Origin: Mobula hypostoma
Lineage: Eukaryota
Direction: 5' to 3'
Length of the DNA: 64,000 bases
Assembly: GCF_963921235.1 (NCBI RefSeq)
Contig: NC_086097.1
Coordinates: forward strand, 169,076,001-169,140,000
Position numbers and translations under genes: made by a program. Positions 12,352 through 26,004 of the stretch are shown piece after piece. The notes below the pieces were generated by a model. It did no database searches. It was given only the letters and a program-made list of their open reading frames with translations, and had not been told where the DNA came from. The first letter of the stretch is position 1. The number at the start of each line of letters is the position of its first letter.

Positions 12352-13149
12352 TATTACTCTTTCAATCCTTTTTTTTCGAAGTTTTAGATTTGATCGGAAA
12401 GTCTTTCTTTCTTTTTTTTTGGTAGTATCCTCAAAATGGACTGTCCAGTCCCTTTTTTTTGTTGTTTTTTTCTATAGTCTAGTGGAGTTTTTTTTTCCTT
12501 TCATTTAAAACCCAGTGTTTTTTCTTTTCTCTTCATGAACTGGTAAGAGGAGAATTGTTATTTTCATTTTTTTATTATATATTTTATACTAGTTTAACAA
12601 CATCTACAATTTTGACAATGTCTATCTTAATCTCGATTTATATTGTTACTGATATGTATATTTGAAATAATTCTCCTCTTGATTGTATTTATGCTCCTTT
12701 TAAATCAATAAAAAGATTAATAAAGAAAGAAAGAAAGGAGAGCTGTACAAAAACAACACAGATTACAATAATGTCCAACTGGCATTATGTCAGAACTATT
12801 GGACATTATTTCTATTAACATCCAAACACATTTTTAATATATTTTTATTTTTCACAAAGCTATAACATAGTGTCATTAAACTGACCAGGGTAAGAATAGG
12901 GAGTGGGGAAGAGAGTTGAAAGAGTGTGGGAATGGGGGGTAGACATGGGCATTGGTAAATGAGCTGAAATACAGTGGGGGATCCGAGGATTTGATGAATT
13001 GAACAGAAGGGTAGCATTCATCACCTGGTTTAGCCAGATACTGATTCATCAGGATTTCAGATTAGTTGGACAGAGAATTATCAGAAGTTTACTAAATGTG
13101 TTTGTTTGTAAAGAATTTGATTTTGTTCATCAGAAGGCAGCAATTGATA

Positions 13150-13838
13150 CAAATTCAGTCATAGAAACAGACCCTTTGGCCCACCTAGTCTATGCCAAAC
13201 TATTTAAACACCCTACTCCATCGTCCTGCATCGGGACCATAACCTTCCATACACATACCATTCATGCACCTATCCAAACTTCTCTTAAATATTGAAATAG
13301 AGTTCGCATGCACCACTTGCTCTGGCAGCTCATTCCACACTCTTATCACCCTCTCAATGAAGAAGTTTCCCCTTATGTCCCCTTTAAACTCAACTTTCAC
13401 CCTTAACCCATGACCTCTAGTTGTAGTCCCACACAACCTCAGAGGAAAAAGCCTGCTTGCATTTACCCTATCTATACCTCTCATAATTTTGTATATGTCT
13501 ATTAAAGCTCTCCTCAACCTTTTACGTTCCAAGAAATGAAGTCCTAACCTACTCAATCTTTCCTTATAACTCAGGTCCTCCAGTCCTGGTAACATCCTCG
13601 TAAATTTTTAACCATATTTACATCTTTCCTGTAGGTAGGTGAGTAAAAGTGCCCACAATACTCCAAATTATGCCTCACCAATGTCTTATACAACTCAACG
13701 TAATATCCCATCTCCTGTACGCAATACTTGGAATTATGAGGCCAATGTGCCAAAAGCTTTCTTTACAACCCTATCTATCTGTGACGCCACTTCCAATGAA
13801 TTATGGACCTGTATTCTCAGATCCCTTTGTTCTACAGC
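13150..13838 (-). mobile_element. CR1 3' end
   Basis: ORF 13200-13595 MLPGLEDLSYKERL...WNELP plus 3' UTR. Confidence 0.88.
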
Positions 13839-13839
13839 A

Positions 13840-14417
13840 CGTCTTCAATGTGATTCTGGAATTGTTGGAGCCTGTGATCCGCAGTTTGGAGATTGTTTGG
13901 GTGTTTCAGCACTCTGCAAACTCCAAGGGGATTCTGGGAAGCAGAGGCAGCATGTGGGAACCTTGTGGTGAAAAGGCTGCGAACCAATGCTTGACTCCAT
14001 TTTGCAAATTATAGCGACGAGGGAGATCGAAACGCCAGCTGCCTGCCTTATTATCACTGGTGAAATTACTCTGCTACGGAGAGGGGAAACTGCCTTTACA
14101 TTGCTGATGAGATTGCTCTGCTATGGAGAGGGAGAATGTTGCCCAGGTTTTCTGCATTTTGGATGTGGTCTTCTTTTCTGTCTTATGATTTTCTTGTATC
14201 TGTGTTTTTCGCCAACCTTTCTAGGTTTATTTGTGTGCAGGGGAGGGGGATTTTTGGGGGTCAATGTGCCTATTCTGATTTTGTTAAATTTTTGTGCGGG
14301 GAGGAGAGATTTGGGGGTTGATGATTGTGCTGCTGTATTTTTCTTTCTTTGTTTTGTGGCTCTCTGGCAGAGAAGAATTTCAGATTTGTATATTTTGATA
14401 ATAAATGAACCTTTGAA
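13840..14417 (+). mobile_element. Diverged copy of the unnamed non-coding retroposon 'family X'
   Basis: 3' end gaagaatttcagatttgtatattttgataataaatgaacctttgaa resembles the ends at 50472 and 59441. Confidence 0.55.
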
Positions 14418-14459
14418 GCCATATGGTGGCATACAGTATATGTAATTTGATAGTAAAAT

Positions 14460-14792
14460 TTGCTTTGAACTTTGAATAAGTACCTCATTTGTTTCTATCT
14501 CCCTATACCTGCTATGCACCTCTTTTTTTTCTTAATGAGGGCTTTAATCTCTCTTGAAAACCAAGGATCCTTCAGTATTTATACATTTTATTCTGACAAG
14601 CATATACAAACATTATACTCTCAAAATTTCACTTTTGAACGTTTCCCACTTACCAAGTACACCTTTGCCAGAAAACAGCCTGCCCCAATCTACACTTGCC
14701 AGATCCATTCTGATACCATCAAAATTGGCCTTTCTGCAATTTAGAATCTCAACTGCAGACCAGACCTATCTTTTTCCATATTTACTTTGAAA
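14460..14792 (-). mobile_element. CR1 ORF2 tether fragment
   Basis: Similar to 38270-38510. Confidence 0.75.
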
Positions 14793-14984
14793 TTAATTTA
14801 TTAAGATAACAATAAGTTACCAATATTAATGTAGATTCAAATTTATTTAACAATTCTAAAATGTTCTAAGTAAACATTGCAACACCGAGATTAAAGTTAG
14901 TGAAAGTGATAAGATGGCAGAAGTCATAAATTAAGTGGCTGCAATATCTCAGCCAATAGTGGTTTTGTTAGCTATAAACAAAGA

Positions 14985-15975
14985 CAACACACACAAAATA
15001 CTGGAGGAACTCAGCAGGTCAGGTAGCATCTATGAACATAAGTAAGAAGAAGAAGAAGAAGAAGAAGAATAGCCCTTAACTCGGCAGTGGAGTTATCGGG
15101 GCACCGTCATAACGGTGTTTCCGTAGCAAGCTATTCTTGTTTTTATGAGGCTGAGTTGCTCGCTCGACACTCAACCCAACTTGGATTCCAACTCAGGAAC
15201 CTTTGCTCCGGAGTCCGGCGCTGATATTATTGCGCCAGCAAGCGGGGCATGAACATAAGTAAACAGCTGATATTTCAGGCTGAGACCCTTCATCAGGACT
15301 GGAAAGGAAGGGGGAAGAAGTCAGAGTAAGAACCTGGGGGGGGGTGGGGGGCAAGAAGTAGGCATCTATTAGGAGCTGATAGGTAAAAGCAGGTGGGTGG
15401 GGGAAGGGAATGAAGGAAGAAGCAGAGAGGTGATGGGTGAAAAAAGCGAAGGGCTGGAGAAGAAGGAATCTGACAGGAAAGGAGAGTGGACCATGGAAGA
15501 AAGGGAAGGAGGGGCACCAGGGGAGGTTATAAGCAGGTGAGAAGAGATGAAGTGAGAAGGGAGCCAGAGTGAGGAATTAAAGATGAGGGAAGGGACAAGG
15601 GGAAAAGTACCAGAGCATGGAGAAATCAACGCTCATGCCATCAGATTGGAGGCAAACCAGACAGGTTATGAGGTGTTGCTCCTCCAGCCTGAAAATGGCC
15701 TCATTGTGGTAAAAGATGAGGTAGATGAGGCCATGGAACAACATATGGTAATGAAGATAGGGATTGTAACTAAAAATGGTTGTCCACTGGGAAATCCTGC
15801 TTGTTATGGATGGAGTGAAGTTGCTCAGCAAAATGGACCTCCAATCTACGTTGGGTCTCACCAATGTATAGAAGGCTGCACTGGGAGCACTGGAACAGTA
15901 GACAACCCTAACAGATTCACAGGTGAAATGCTGCCTCACCTGGAAGGACTGTTTGCGGCTTTGAATGGAGGTGAA
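14985..15975 (-). mobile_element. Penelope-like element 3' part (degenerate GIY-YIG + pLTR with hammerhead motif at ~15265-15300)
   Basis: RQHFTCES..VVYC; RLEEQHLI..LQSDGM; ctgatgaagggtctcagcctgaaa. Confidence 0.85.
15046..15248 (-). mobile_element. 203-bp tRNA-headed SINE with an RTE-like middle and a (TTC)n tail
   Basis: A-box-like tggcgcaat; B-box-like gagttggaatcc; exact 14-bp TSD ATGAACATAAGTAA at 15032-15045 and 15249-15262. Confidence 0.82.
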
Positions 15976-16764
15976 TGGATATTTTGACCAGGATCCTCAA
16001 GAGTCTACACGTTTATGAGGATTAAAATTCATTTTTAAATTGATTTTTAAAAATGATCTATAAATGCAGTAAACAACAAACAGGAGCAGAACTAGACAAT
16101 GTAGAATAAGCTGCAAATTGAACAATGATGAATTCAATTCAAAGGACAAATGGACGAAGAAAATCCACACAAATTCTGCATGATTAGAGTTGCATATTCA
16201 AATTTAGAAACATCGTAACCTTAACAGCTCCATGTTTAATCCATGCAAAATAACAGTCAACGAAGGTTACCTAACTATGGAAGAAAAAGAAAAATTATGA
16301 ACAAATTGTCAACAAATTATCCAGTACTCTCATTAAGTCACATTATGAAAATTAACTTTATATGTCAAGATTGAAGCACTGGGTTATTGGAGGGGTTAGG
16401 GTTGGGTGAACCAAAAGATCATAGTTATGATGAATAAGGGAAAATTAAGAACTTTCCTTTCTGGATCTAAGAGATGATAAAACTGAGGTATCCAAGGTAG
16501 TTGGCAGAAATGAAAAGGTAAATGCAGACTACGTATTCAAACTATAATGCCAGTATACAACAAGGGATTATAGTTTCAAACTAAAATATGATAAAATGAG
16601 ATATGAATCTTAATTAAGAATTTCTAATGCAATAAATAAATTCCCAGATAGAGCAATAAAGATACAAATCTAGGAATACATAACAACAGGAAGTAGCAAA
16701 ACTAATTAACCAGTGATCACAAATTGGGACAGATGGAGTTGTCTGTGAAAAAGACAACATCCTT

Positions 16765-18315
16765 ACAAAATTCATGTCGTGAGGATTAGAATATAAAAGC
16801 AAGGATGCAATGTTGAGGCTTTATAAGGCATTAATCAGTCCACATTTGGAGCATTGTGAGTAGTTTTGGGCCCTTATCAAAGAAAAGATGCACTGGCATT
16901 GGAGAGGGTCTAGAGGAGGTTCGCGTCAAATGCCGGTTAACAAATTTCATGTCACATGCCGCTGATAATAAGCCTGATTCTGATTCTGAGAATAACTCCA
17001 GGAATGAAAGGGTTATTGTATGAGCAGCACTTGATTGCATCGGCCTATATATGCTAGAGTTTAGAGGAATTGGGGGGGTGGGGGGGAGTGGAATCTTATT
17101 GAAACTTATCGAATGTTGAAAGATCTAGATGTTTCCCATATTGGGTAAGTCTAGAACCAGAGAACACAGCCTTAGAATGGAGGGGCTCTATTTACAACAG
17201 AGATGAGGTAGAATTTCTTTAGCCAAAGGGTAGAGGATCTATTAATTACAGATACTTTTTGTCGCCAATTAGTACTAGAACGTGCAATCATCACAGCGAT
17301 ATTTGAATCTGCGCTTCACACTCCCTGATTACAAATATTAAATATTAAAATATTAAAATAGTTAAAATTAGTAAATATTAAAAATTTAAATTATAAATCA
17401 TAAATAGAAAATAGAAAAATAGGAAGTAAGGTAGTGCAAAAAAAACCGAGAGGCAGGTCCGGATATTTGGAGGGTACGGCCCAGATCCGGGTCAGGATCC
17501 GTTCAGCAGTCTTATCACAGTTGGAAAGAAGCTGTTCCCAAATCTGGCCGTACGAGTCTTCAAGCTCCTGAACCTTCTCCCGGAGGGAAGAGGGACAAAT
17601 AGTCTATTGGCTGGTTGGGTCGTGTCCTCAATTATCCTGGCAGCACTTCTCCGACAGCGTGCGGTGTAAAGTGAGTCCACGGACAGAAGATTGGTTTCTG
17701 TGATGTGCTGCACCATGTTAACGATCTTCTGCAGCTTCTTTCGGTCTTGGACAGGACAACTTCCATACCAGGTTGTGATGCACCCTAGAAGAATGCTTTC
17801 TACGGTGCATCTATAAAAATTAGTGAGGGTTTTAGGGGACAGGCCAAATTTCTTTAGTTTTCTCAGGAAGTAAAGGTGCTGGTGGGTCTTCTTGGCAGTG
17901 AACTCTGCTTGGTTGGACCAAGTCAGGTCATTTGTGATATTGACCCCGAGGAACTTAAAAGTTTTTGACCTGTTCCACTTGTGCACCACCGATGTAAGTT
18001 GGGTCGTGCGGTCCACTACTCCTTCTGAAGTCAACAACCAATTCCTTCGTCTTGCTGACGTTGAGGGATAGATTATTGTCTTTGCACCATGCCACAAGGT
18101 TCTTAATTTCCTCTCTGTACTCAAACTCATCATTACCACAGATGGTTCTACAGGCCAAGTCATTGGGATGTTGAGAGGTTCTTCATTAGTCAGAAAGTCA
18201 AAGGTTACAGGGAGAAGGCAGGAGAAATGGAGTTGAGAATAAATCAGCTATGATAGAATAGTGAAGCAACCTCGATGGGCCAAATGCATGATTCTGCTCT
18301 TATGTCTTATGGTCC
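16765..18315 (+). mobile_element. Degenerate CR1 3' end split by a small Rex1-type tail (~16930-16990) and by the Rex1 copy at 17240-18145
   Basis: gaatataaaagcaaggatg...; 3' UTR ctgctcttatgtcttatggtc. Confidence 0.7.
17240..18145 (-). mobile_element. Rex1/Babar LINE 3' fragment
   Basis: WCKDNNLSLNVSKTKELVVDFR; FKFLGV; FYRCTVESILLGCITTWYG; SFFPTVIRLLN. Confidence 0.9.
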
Positions 18316-19370
18316 TACAAACCCAGTAGATTTTACTTCCAGCTATAAATAAAATAGCACATTGGTGCTCCCACACAATACAGAAATTTTGGCTAGGATC
18401 TTGTGAGGAAATGCCAGTGTTTACATGATGTTCTAAAGTAGTGGTCAAGTGTTCTAAGCAGTTTCCCCATGAGAATGCTTCAATGTACTGGGTTTTTCAT
18501 TGAGTTCAGCGTTTGCAGCAATTCAGCACAACTTACAACAGGAACCTAGTGCAGGGACTGTTTCAGCTTTGGTTTCGATGGAGGAAAATAGTTTCAACAG
18601 ACTACGTAATTTACAATACGTAAATTGTGGTTTTGTTTTAGTTTTACAACTTTGACTGTTTAAATGTTTTAGCAGCTTCTAAACATTTCTAAAAGCCAGA
18701 AATTTAATGTTTTTGGCAGTTTTGATACTTGACAGATCCAAAAGCATCAAGTTGTTCCAGGTTTTTAATGGATCAACCTTGTTCTAGCACCCATCCACAT
18801 GATCCATTTACACAATGGAAGGGCCCTTCTACACAAGAGCACACACAAAAAATGGATGGGAGCCAATTCAGAAACACAATGGCTTGCAACAGGATCTGCA
18901 CTTGTTGGTAGCAAGGCATCTTGCCAAACACTACAAATTCTAGGCAATTAATTTCTCATGGAATAAATAATGTTTGTAAATCTTTGTGAAGTTACTTCTA
19001 CTGTAACCTACTCACCATCCAGAACATTAGCAACTGTGGTACAGTGTAACAATTCCCAAAAATGCTCAATTATACTTCATGATGAGATTTGAACTGCATC
19101 AAATAAATCTGACAAATAAATCACATGGGGTTCCAGAGCATATAGGAAGTGTGCAAAAATTTTAAGTGGTCTATTTTATTATGCAGGAAGGATTAAATTT
19201 GATGCTTGAAAAGAGGCAGCTGAATAACAATATTCAGAAAGGGGAGTGTTATTAACATTATCTGATCAGTCTGCAAAGTACATAAATTTGAGTTGTAGTC
19301 AATAATGTCATAATGTGCACAATCACTTCCCACAGCTAAGTAACACAGAATGGTATCTATAAACTTTTTA

Positions 19371-20216
19371 CACTCAGAGCCCACATAATGCTATCCCTCA
19401 TAGTTCTGTATTGTTACAAGGTTATTCAATTCTTCATCCAAAATTTTTTAAATGACAAAAATTCATTCTAAACAACACTTAAGACTTCTCAAGAGCAGCC
19501 ACCATTACAGTAAACGTTCAATCAGCCCATGAAAGCACTTTACATACGCTTCGAGCCACTCACAGCTAATCACATATTAGTTCATGCTCTGCCACCCCTG
19601 CACAATGTTCTTACTCCCTTGACAATTTATTCCATTCTTTTCCACCCATAATGTCTGGAAAATGGCCTGCAACTTCCAGTGAGAGTAATACATCTAATGG
19701 TTAGGAAAAACACCAGCATGGATGTGAAACTGCAGGTGACACAGCATTTGAAAGCTGGTGAGTATCAGGTTGATGCTGGCACCTCTTTGAAATTGGCTAG
19801 ATCAACAATCAGAACAATTGTAGAAAATGCAGACAAGATAAAAGCTTCTGCAACAACGACCTCAAAGTTACCATCAACAAAGGTGACTTGTTCAAGGAGC
19901 CATTTGCTTGAAAAAAATAGAAAACAGACTAAATATATGGGTGGATGGCCAAATCCAACAGAACATGCCCTTAGGCCAGCTGATAATACCACCACCTCCT
20001 TCTTTCTGCTGCTGCTGTGATACGTTGATGTACAGGTTAGGTCTATTTGAGTGTTTGTTATTCCACGAAATTCAGCGTAATATATATCTCGTGTGAATTT
20101 TTTAAAATCAGGCACACGTCCATTTATGTAATGTTATAATGACCCTGCATAGCGCTGATTTACATAGTGCTCCACCTCCAGGGAACGCATCCTCAGCATT
20201 AAGCAAGGTCTGAGTG
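19371..20216 (+). mobile_element. Internally deleted Tigger/pogo element
   Basis: TA-flanked imperfect TIRs cactcagagcccacataatgc / gcattaagcaaggtctgagtg; HTH remnant RKNTSMDVKLQV...LARSTIRTIVENADKIK. Confidence 0.78.
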
Positions 20217-22519
20217 TATTTAAAACAAGGGAATTTACCCATTTCTAGACTATTGTCTGCATTGATTGGTATTTGATTAGAGAAGAAAATGTCCTTACAT
20301 TTCCAATTATCTAAACCAGTTTCTCAGTGTTATATCCTGAGAGACCGCAGCTTCACTTGGGCATTGTCTGTCTAGACAGTATTCATGATCCATCTGTTTC
20401 CTACAGCCAGGATGATGACAAACACTATTAGAATTCAAAGACCTTCAGAGCACAAGTCAGTCATCCTACTCTGAAAATTACTATCATTTTTAAAACTCTT
20501 AAAATAGCATCATCCATTTCATTAACATCTGCAGCAGACAGCCAAATATTTCATAAACTTTATAAATTTCCCTTCTACCCAAGCCACTGCATACTAAGCA
20601 GAATCCAACCAAATTTATTCAACTAGTTTTCTCATTTTTCAAAACCAGACTGTAGGGCTGATAAAATATTAACTACAACTTTGATATCAAAGAATTGTTA
20701 TGCAAAATACCTTTCACAACTGCATGGAAGATCTTCACTGTCAATAACAAAGTTTTAAATGGTAGTATAGGCACTAACCAGAAACAATAGCCAACTGTTA
20801 TGAAGTCATACAACACAGAAAAAGAATCTTCAGCCTATCACATCAATAGCTACCATCAAATACCTATCTAAACTAATCCCACTTACCAACCCTTGCACCA
20901 TAGTTCTCTGTGACTTGACAATACAAGTGCTCATCCCAGATATTACATAAATATGATCTAAAGGGCATTTTTATGTTAATGATTTCTTCTTCAAGAAGTG
21001 CCACAAGATCTCTTACATCCACGTAAGAGTGATTTTTGGGAGCTGATTTTATAAGACAACAGGTCAACAGCACCTGACATACTCAGTCCTGAACTAGACT
21101 CAATCATATGTTCAAATCACTGAAATGAGATTTTAACCAATACTTTTCTGACTACAGAGCAAATCTGCTATGATTATGTGAGAGTTTCTACAGTTTAAAA
21201 CTAAATCATACTGTGGCAGTCTACCCCTGGGCAACCAAGAAATGTTTGGAATAGGAATATAAATCCAGTTAAGATCTCAAGTTTGTTCCACCTATTAGTA
21301 ATCTAAATCTTAAACCCATAAATTTGCCTAATACATAAAATTCTGGTTAGTCCTGGATTTCAAGAATAACTTAAGGGGTGAAGCATTCAGCTACAAGGTT
21401 AGGCTAGAAAAAGTGGGATTGTCTTACACAAAGCAAAGAAGGTTGAGATGAAGTTTATTAGTAGTAGACAAGACCAAGATGCTTAAGACATGGTAAATTA
21501 ACAGAAACTGCTCTATTAGCCATGGTTCATACCAGAGGAAAGTGATTCAAACTGAGAGGCAGAAGATACAAGTGCATGTGTATTTTAAAGACATTTTAGA
21601 ACAAGAAGAAATTTTAAAACTCACGATGTGGATACAATTTAGAATTCAGTATCTCTATGAGTCAAAGATTTTTCATTTTGTATTCAATTCCAATTTAATA
21701 TCACCCCTTTCCCCCTCTCCACACAAACACCAATAAACACTAAAAGAGTATATTTTACTCCTTATATTGGATACATGGGTCATGATCTAAGAATTCTGTA
21801 AGTGCAGATTTCCATAACCCAAACGGTTGTTACATGGGAGCTATCTATATTGAATGCATCCAGGAATGTATTTGCAAATGAAGTAACATGTGCATTCAGG
21901 TTACATGACAAAGGGACTCACTGTTCCAATTGTTCAATCACAAACTGCCAGATGTTTTGTCACTAACTCAATGGCAAAAGTAGGCCTTTCAAGAAAATGT
22001 GGTAGAATGCAAAGGATGGAACCAATTAGTACAGCACCACACAGCCCCATGAAACAAAACATAATGAGAGCTTTATAGGGTACTGGTATTTATCAGTCAA
22101 ACAGGATGTTTTAACCATGGAAACCTTCACAAGTAACTTACCTGCTAAGCTAAGCTGATCTGTTAACTATGATGATCACTGCAAAATAAGCATCTATCAT
22201 TAAGAAGGTTCTTTCATTGTTGGCAAATTTAAATAGTAGTTTGACTTAATGTTCTGAGGGCACCATTTCACCTGTAACTGCTAAGCACAAGTATTTTGAA
22301 ACTTATCAATAATCTTTCATACTAGAATATAGGCTGCTCTGAAGCCTTTCGCTGACCTACCTGATGCTATATTATGTGTATGACCCCCTATTGGCCACCT
22401 TTATCATACCTAAACACCTGTAGATTTTAAATTAACTCTTACAATGGTTACACAAGCAAGCCCTAAGATTAATCCAAACAAGGCTCAATTAATAAACTCA
22501 GAACTTAGTTCTTCCCACC

Positions 22520-22810
22520 TTAATTCTATCTTTTCATCTCTCACCAAGTTACTTTCTACTTATATCTGCGACACCGCTGATACCCTCTGCCACCTTGGCT
22601 ATTTCAAATTCTCTGGACCCAACAAGCTCATTCCCTTTTACACCTCCATCCAACATCAGGCTGGTTTGAGAGTTGACTTCTTCCTTGAGTAGAGGGTGGA
22701 TCAGCTCCCCTCTATTAATAATATCTTACTGACCCAAAATGTTAACTTCCCATTTCCCTTTACAGTTAGTACCTGACCTGTTGAGATCTTTCAGCAGTCT
22801 GTTGTTTGAT
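22520..22810 (+). mobile_element. Highly decayed Penelope-like fragments
   Basis: tacctccatccaacatcagg; ctgacccaaaatgttaact...cctgacctgttgag pLTR-like end. Confidence 0.5.
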
Positions 22811-23059
22811 TAAGTTACTAAATTGCTAACTGAATTTCATTATTGCAACAACACAGCTACTACCACTTTTTGAGTTCTAAAATAAGTATATTTTAGATTG
22901 GAACTGTTACTGTAAGTGGATGATGACCAAAGATTGCATTCACTGGGATGTTTATTAAGTCCTTCAAAAAATTTGGACATTTCCCATAAGCTGCCCATCA
23001 GCCACCATCCACAAAAATCAAGCCGAAATACTATTAAATCATAAAGTCATGTTCTTTAG

Positions 23060-23227
23060 AGAAACAGCACCGTTTCAGGTCTTTCCTGGCCAATGAGCGA
23101 GCTTAAGCAACCCAATTACACCCATGTGACTAACTAAACTATGTTTTTGAAATGTGGGAGGAAACTGGAGCACCCAGAGGAAACCCATGCGATTATAGGA
23201 AGAACATACTGTACAGATTCCTTACAG
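23060..23227 (-). mobile_element. V-SINE fragment
   Basis: tgtgggaggaaactggagcacccagaggaaacccatgc. Confidence 0.75.
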
Positions 23228-24307
23228 TGTACTTGATGGGTGTAATAAAATAATGGTGAACTCCGCAACTGAGGGATCATTATTTAAGCTAAATTAACTC
23301 GGCTGGGTCATTACAGCTTGAAGCTAATTTCTGATAAGTTAGCCATAGGTATGGAGGTGGTCAAACTATGATGACCATCAGATGAAAAGCATGAACGACT
23401 AAATACAACACAATTTTTTGGATACAACAGGATACCACAACCCTCATAACAAGTTGGATTAGATTATGAGAGGAAATTCTAGGACTGGGCACAGAATACA
23501 AACTCTTAAAATTAATACAAAATATATAGGAAATTAATCAACAGAAGAATGTGGGTGCAATAAAAAATTGATTGTTGATGGTCAGCATGGACTTGACATG
23601 CCAAGAGGCCTGTTTCCATGCTGTAGGTCTGTTATGACTCTGACCAATTAGTACCTAAAATATGAAATGTTTTGCCAGTAAATAATGACGTGAAGTAAAA
23701 TTGGCCATAAGTAATTGTATCTAAGTGTAAAGCATCATAGCATAGGGTTAAGAATATGTGATGTCAGCTGAACGGCAAAGATTCAGTTTAAAAGTACCAT
23801 ACTTAAAAGGTGAGGGTAGTAGTACTGAACAAACATTTCTTGATCGTTTTAGAGTCAATAGAGTAAAACAACATAGAAACAGGCATTTCAACCCATATAG
23901 TCCATACCATACCACTCAAAAAAAATCTATGCTAGTGTCATTTGCCTGGATTTGGCCCATAAGCTTCTGACCCTTCCCTATCTATGTACCCGTCAAATGC
24001 CCTTTAAATCAATGAAATCAAATCATTTCTGCTCCACAAGACTCTGCTTATGAATAGCTGCAAAATTTTAACTGTGCGGCAGGATGCAAACTTCAGCCAA
24101 TTAAGAGTTAAAAAGTTCTCAACCAGTATCTGGGTGACCATACATGTGTTTTTGTTCACTGTAATCAGGATCTTTGATTTTGTTACTATTTAAAGAGATG
24201 CGTCAGAACTGAAACAATTTATAAAAAATGTTTCCATTAAGTGCACCTTCTTTGCAGTAATTCTAAATAATAAAAGGACAACTGATTGTGTTAAGACAAA
24301 CCAAACC

Positions 24308-26004
24308 CAAAAGATTTAGCAAAATTATCAGAATGCAATTATCAGCCTATATATAAAAAAATTAAGGAAGAGGTAACAAGATGGAACCTAATTCCTTTTC
24401 TTGGTCTCAGTTCAAGGATTGAATCTATTAAAATGAATATACTGCCCAGACTACTATATCTCTTTCAGACCCTACCAGTAGAGATTAACCAAAATCAATT
24501 CAATGAATGGAACAAGATGCTATCAAGATATAAATGGCAAGGTAAAAGGCCTAGAGTTCATCTCAAAACTTTGCAATTAGCCAAGGAAAAGGGGGGATGG
24601 GGCCTACCTTCTCTCAGAGATTACTATTTTGTAGCACAGTTGAGAGCTGTGATATGCTGGTGCAACCCATCATATGACACTCAATAGAAAAACATTGAGG
24701 AGAGGATACTTTCCATCCCCATTCAGGCAATTTTGGCTGATAACAACATACAAAGTTACATAAATACTATTGATAACCCATGGGTGAAATGGACTCTTAA
24801 AATTTGGAAAACTATAATAAAAGAATATAAGCTAGAGAGAGAGACATTGCAATTCTTAAATGGTGTGCATTTGACTCGGATTTTACGCCGAACAAACTGG
24901 ATGCTAGATTTAGGGACTGGACAGCTAAAGGAATAACAGTTCTTTGCAATATAATGAAAGAAGGAACACTGCTCAGTTTTGAAATGCTCAAAGAGAAACA
25001 CTTATTAGAAAAGCAAGACTTTTATCAATATGTACAGATGTGACAGTATGTTAATAGTACAGTTAAAAATGTAACCAAGGCAAGTACATGTTTGATAGAG
25101 CTATTTAGAAAAACATATAATTCAGACAACAGTAGTAGAATAATTTCAAGCGTGTATAAGGGTTTGTCAAATCTTAAAACACATTCGACTTCATACATTA
25201 AAACAAAATGGGAGAAGGAAAGAGGGACAATAATATGGAGGTATCAATGGAAGTGTACCAGATCACAAAAATGGACGGAGTTCAGGAGGAAAAACTTGAT
25301 AAGATATTTTATTACACCCTCTCAGAAATCCCATTATGATAGTAACCTCCCTGTTTGCTGGAGAAATTGTGGAAATCAAAATGCAAACCATTATCATATT
25401 TTCTGGGAATGCCCCGTTATCAAAGACTATTGGAATGGGAGACACAATGTCCGACAAGACATCTTTAAATGTGAAATACCCTTAGAAAGTAAGACCATAT
25501 ATTTTGGGTATATACCTCAAGAATGGTTGAAAAGAGATAAATATTTAATGAATATACTGCTGGTGGCTGGTAAAAAGACTCTTATCAGGAAATGGTTATC
25601 ACAGGACAGCCCAACTTTAAATGTATGGATGGAAATTACAATGGACATTTACAAAATGGAGAAGATAACAGCATCTGTTAATCACAAGTTGGAACAATTT
25701 GATCCATACTGGGGGAAAATGGTTTAACTACCTAACACCTCATAGGCCTGATTTTATTCTCACCAGTCAATGAATATGTTGTAAAAAAATCACTTCCTAC
25801 TTCGTACATAGTTTTCTTCTTTTGATTGTTCTTTCTTTCCTCTCCTTTCTAAAAGTGTATACCTCAAATAAATATTATGTGGAGATTTGTGACAAATATG
25901 ACTATATGATATACATGTACAGTATCTGAAATACATCTTATGGAAAGCTTTGTTTGATGATAAATTTCAATAAAAATTAAATTATTAAAATTTTTTTTTT
26001 AAAA
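24308..26004 (+). mobile_element. 5'-truncated L1-clade LINE
   Basis: KMNILPRLLYLFQ; GGWGLP; CWRNC..HIFWEC; AATAAA; 15-bp TSD AAGACAAACCAAACC at 24293-24307 and 26005-26019 (TT/AAGA target). Confidence 0.93.

Larger units (their letters stand above)
10266..12733 (+). mobile_element. 5'-truncated L1-clade LINE (ORF2 C-terminus, T-rich 3' UTR, AATAAA, (GAAA)n tail), interrupted by a Tigger
   Basis: FFRYLQIR; CDRC..TLTHMYWSC; ARRAILLKWK; TSD AAAGG(G/A)GAGCT at 10255-10265 and 12734-12744. Confidence 0.88.
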
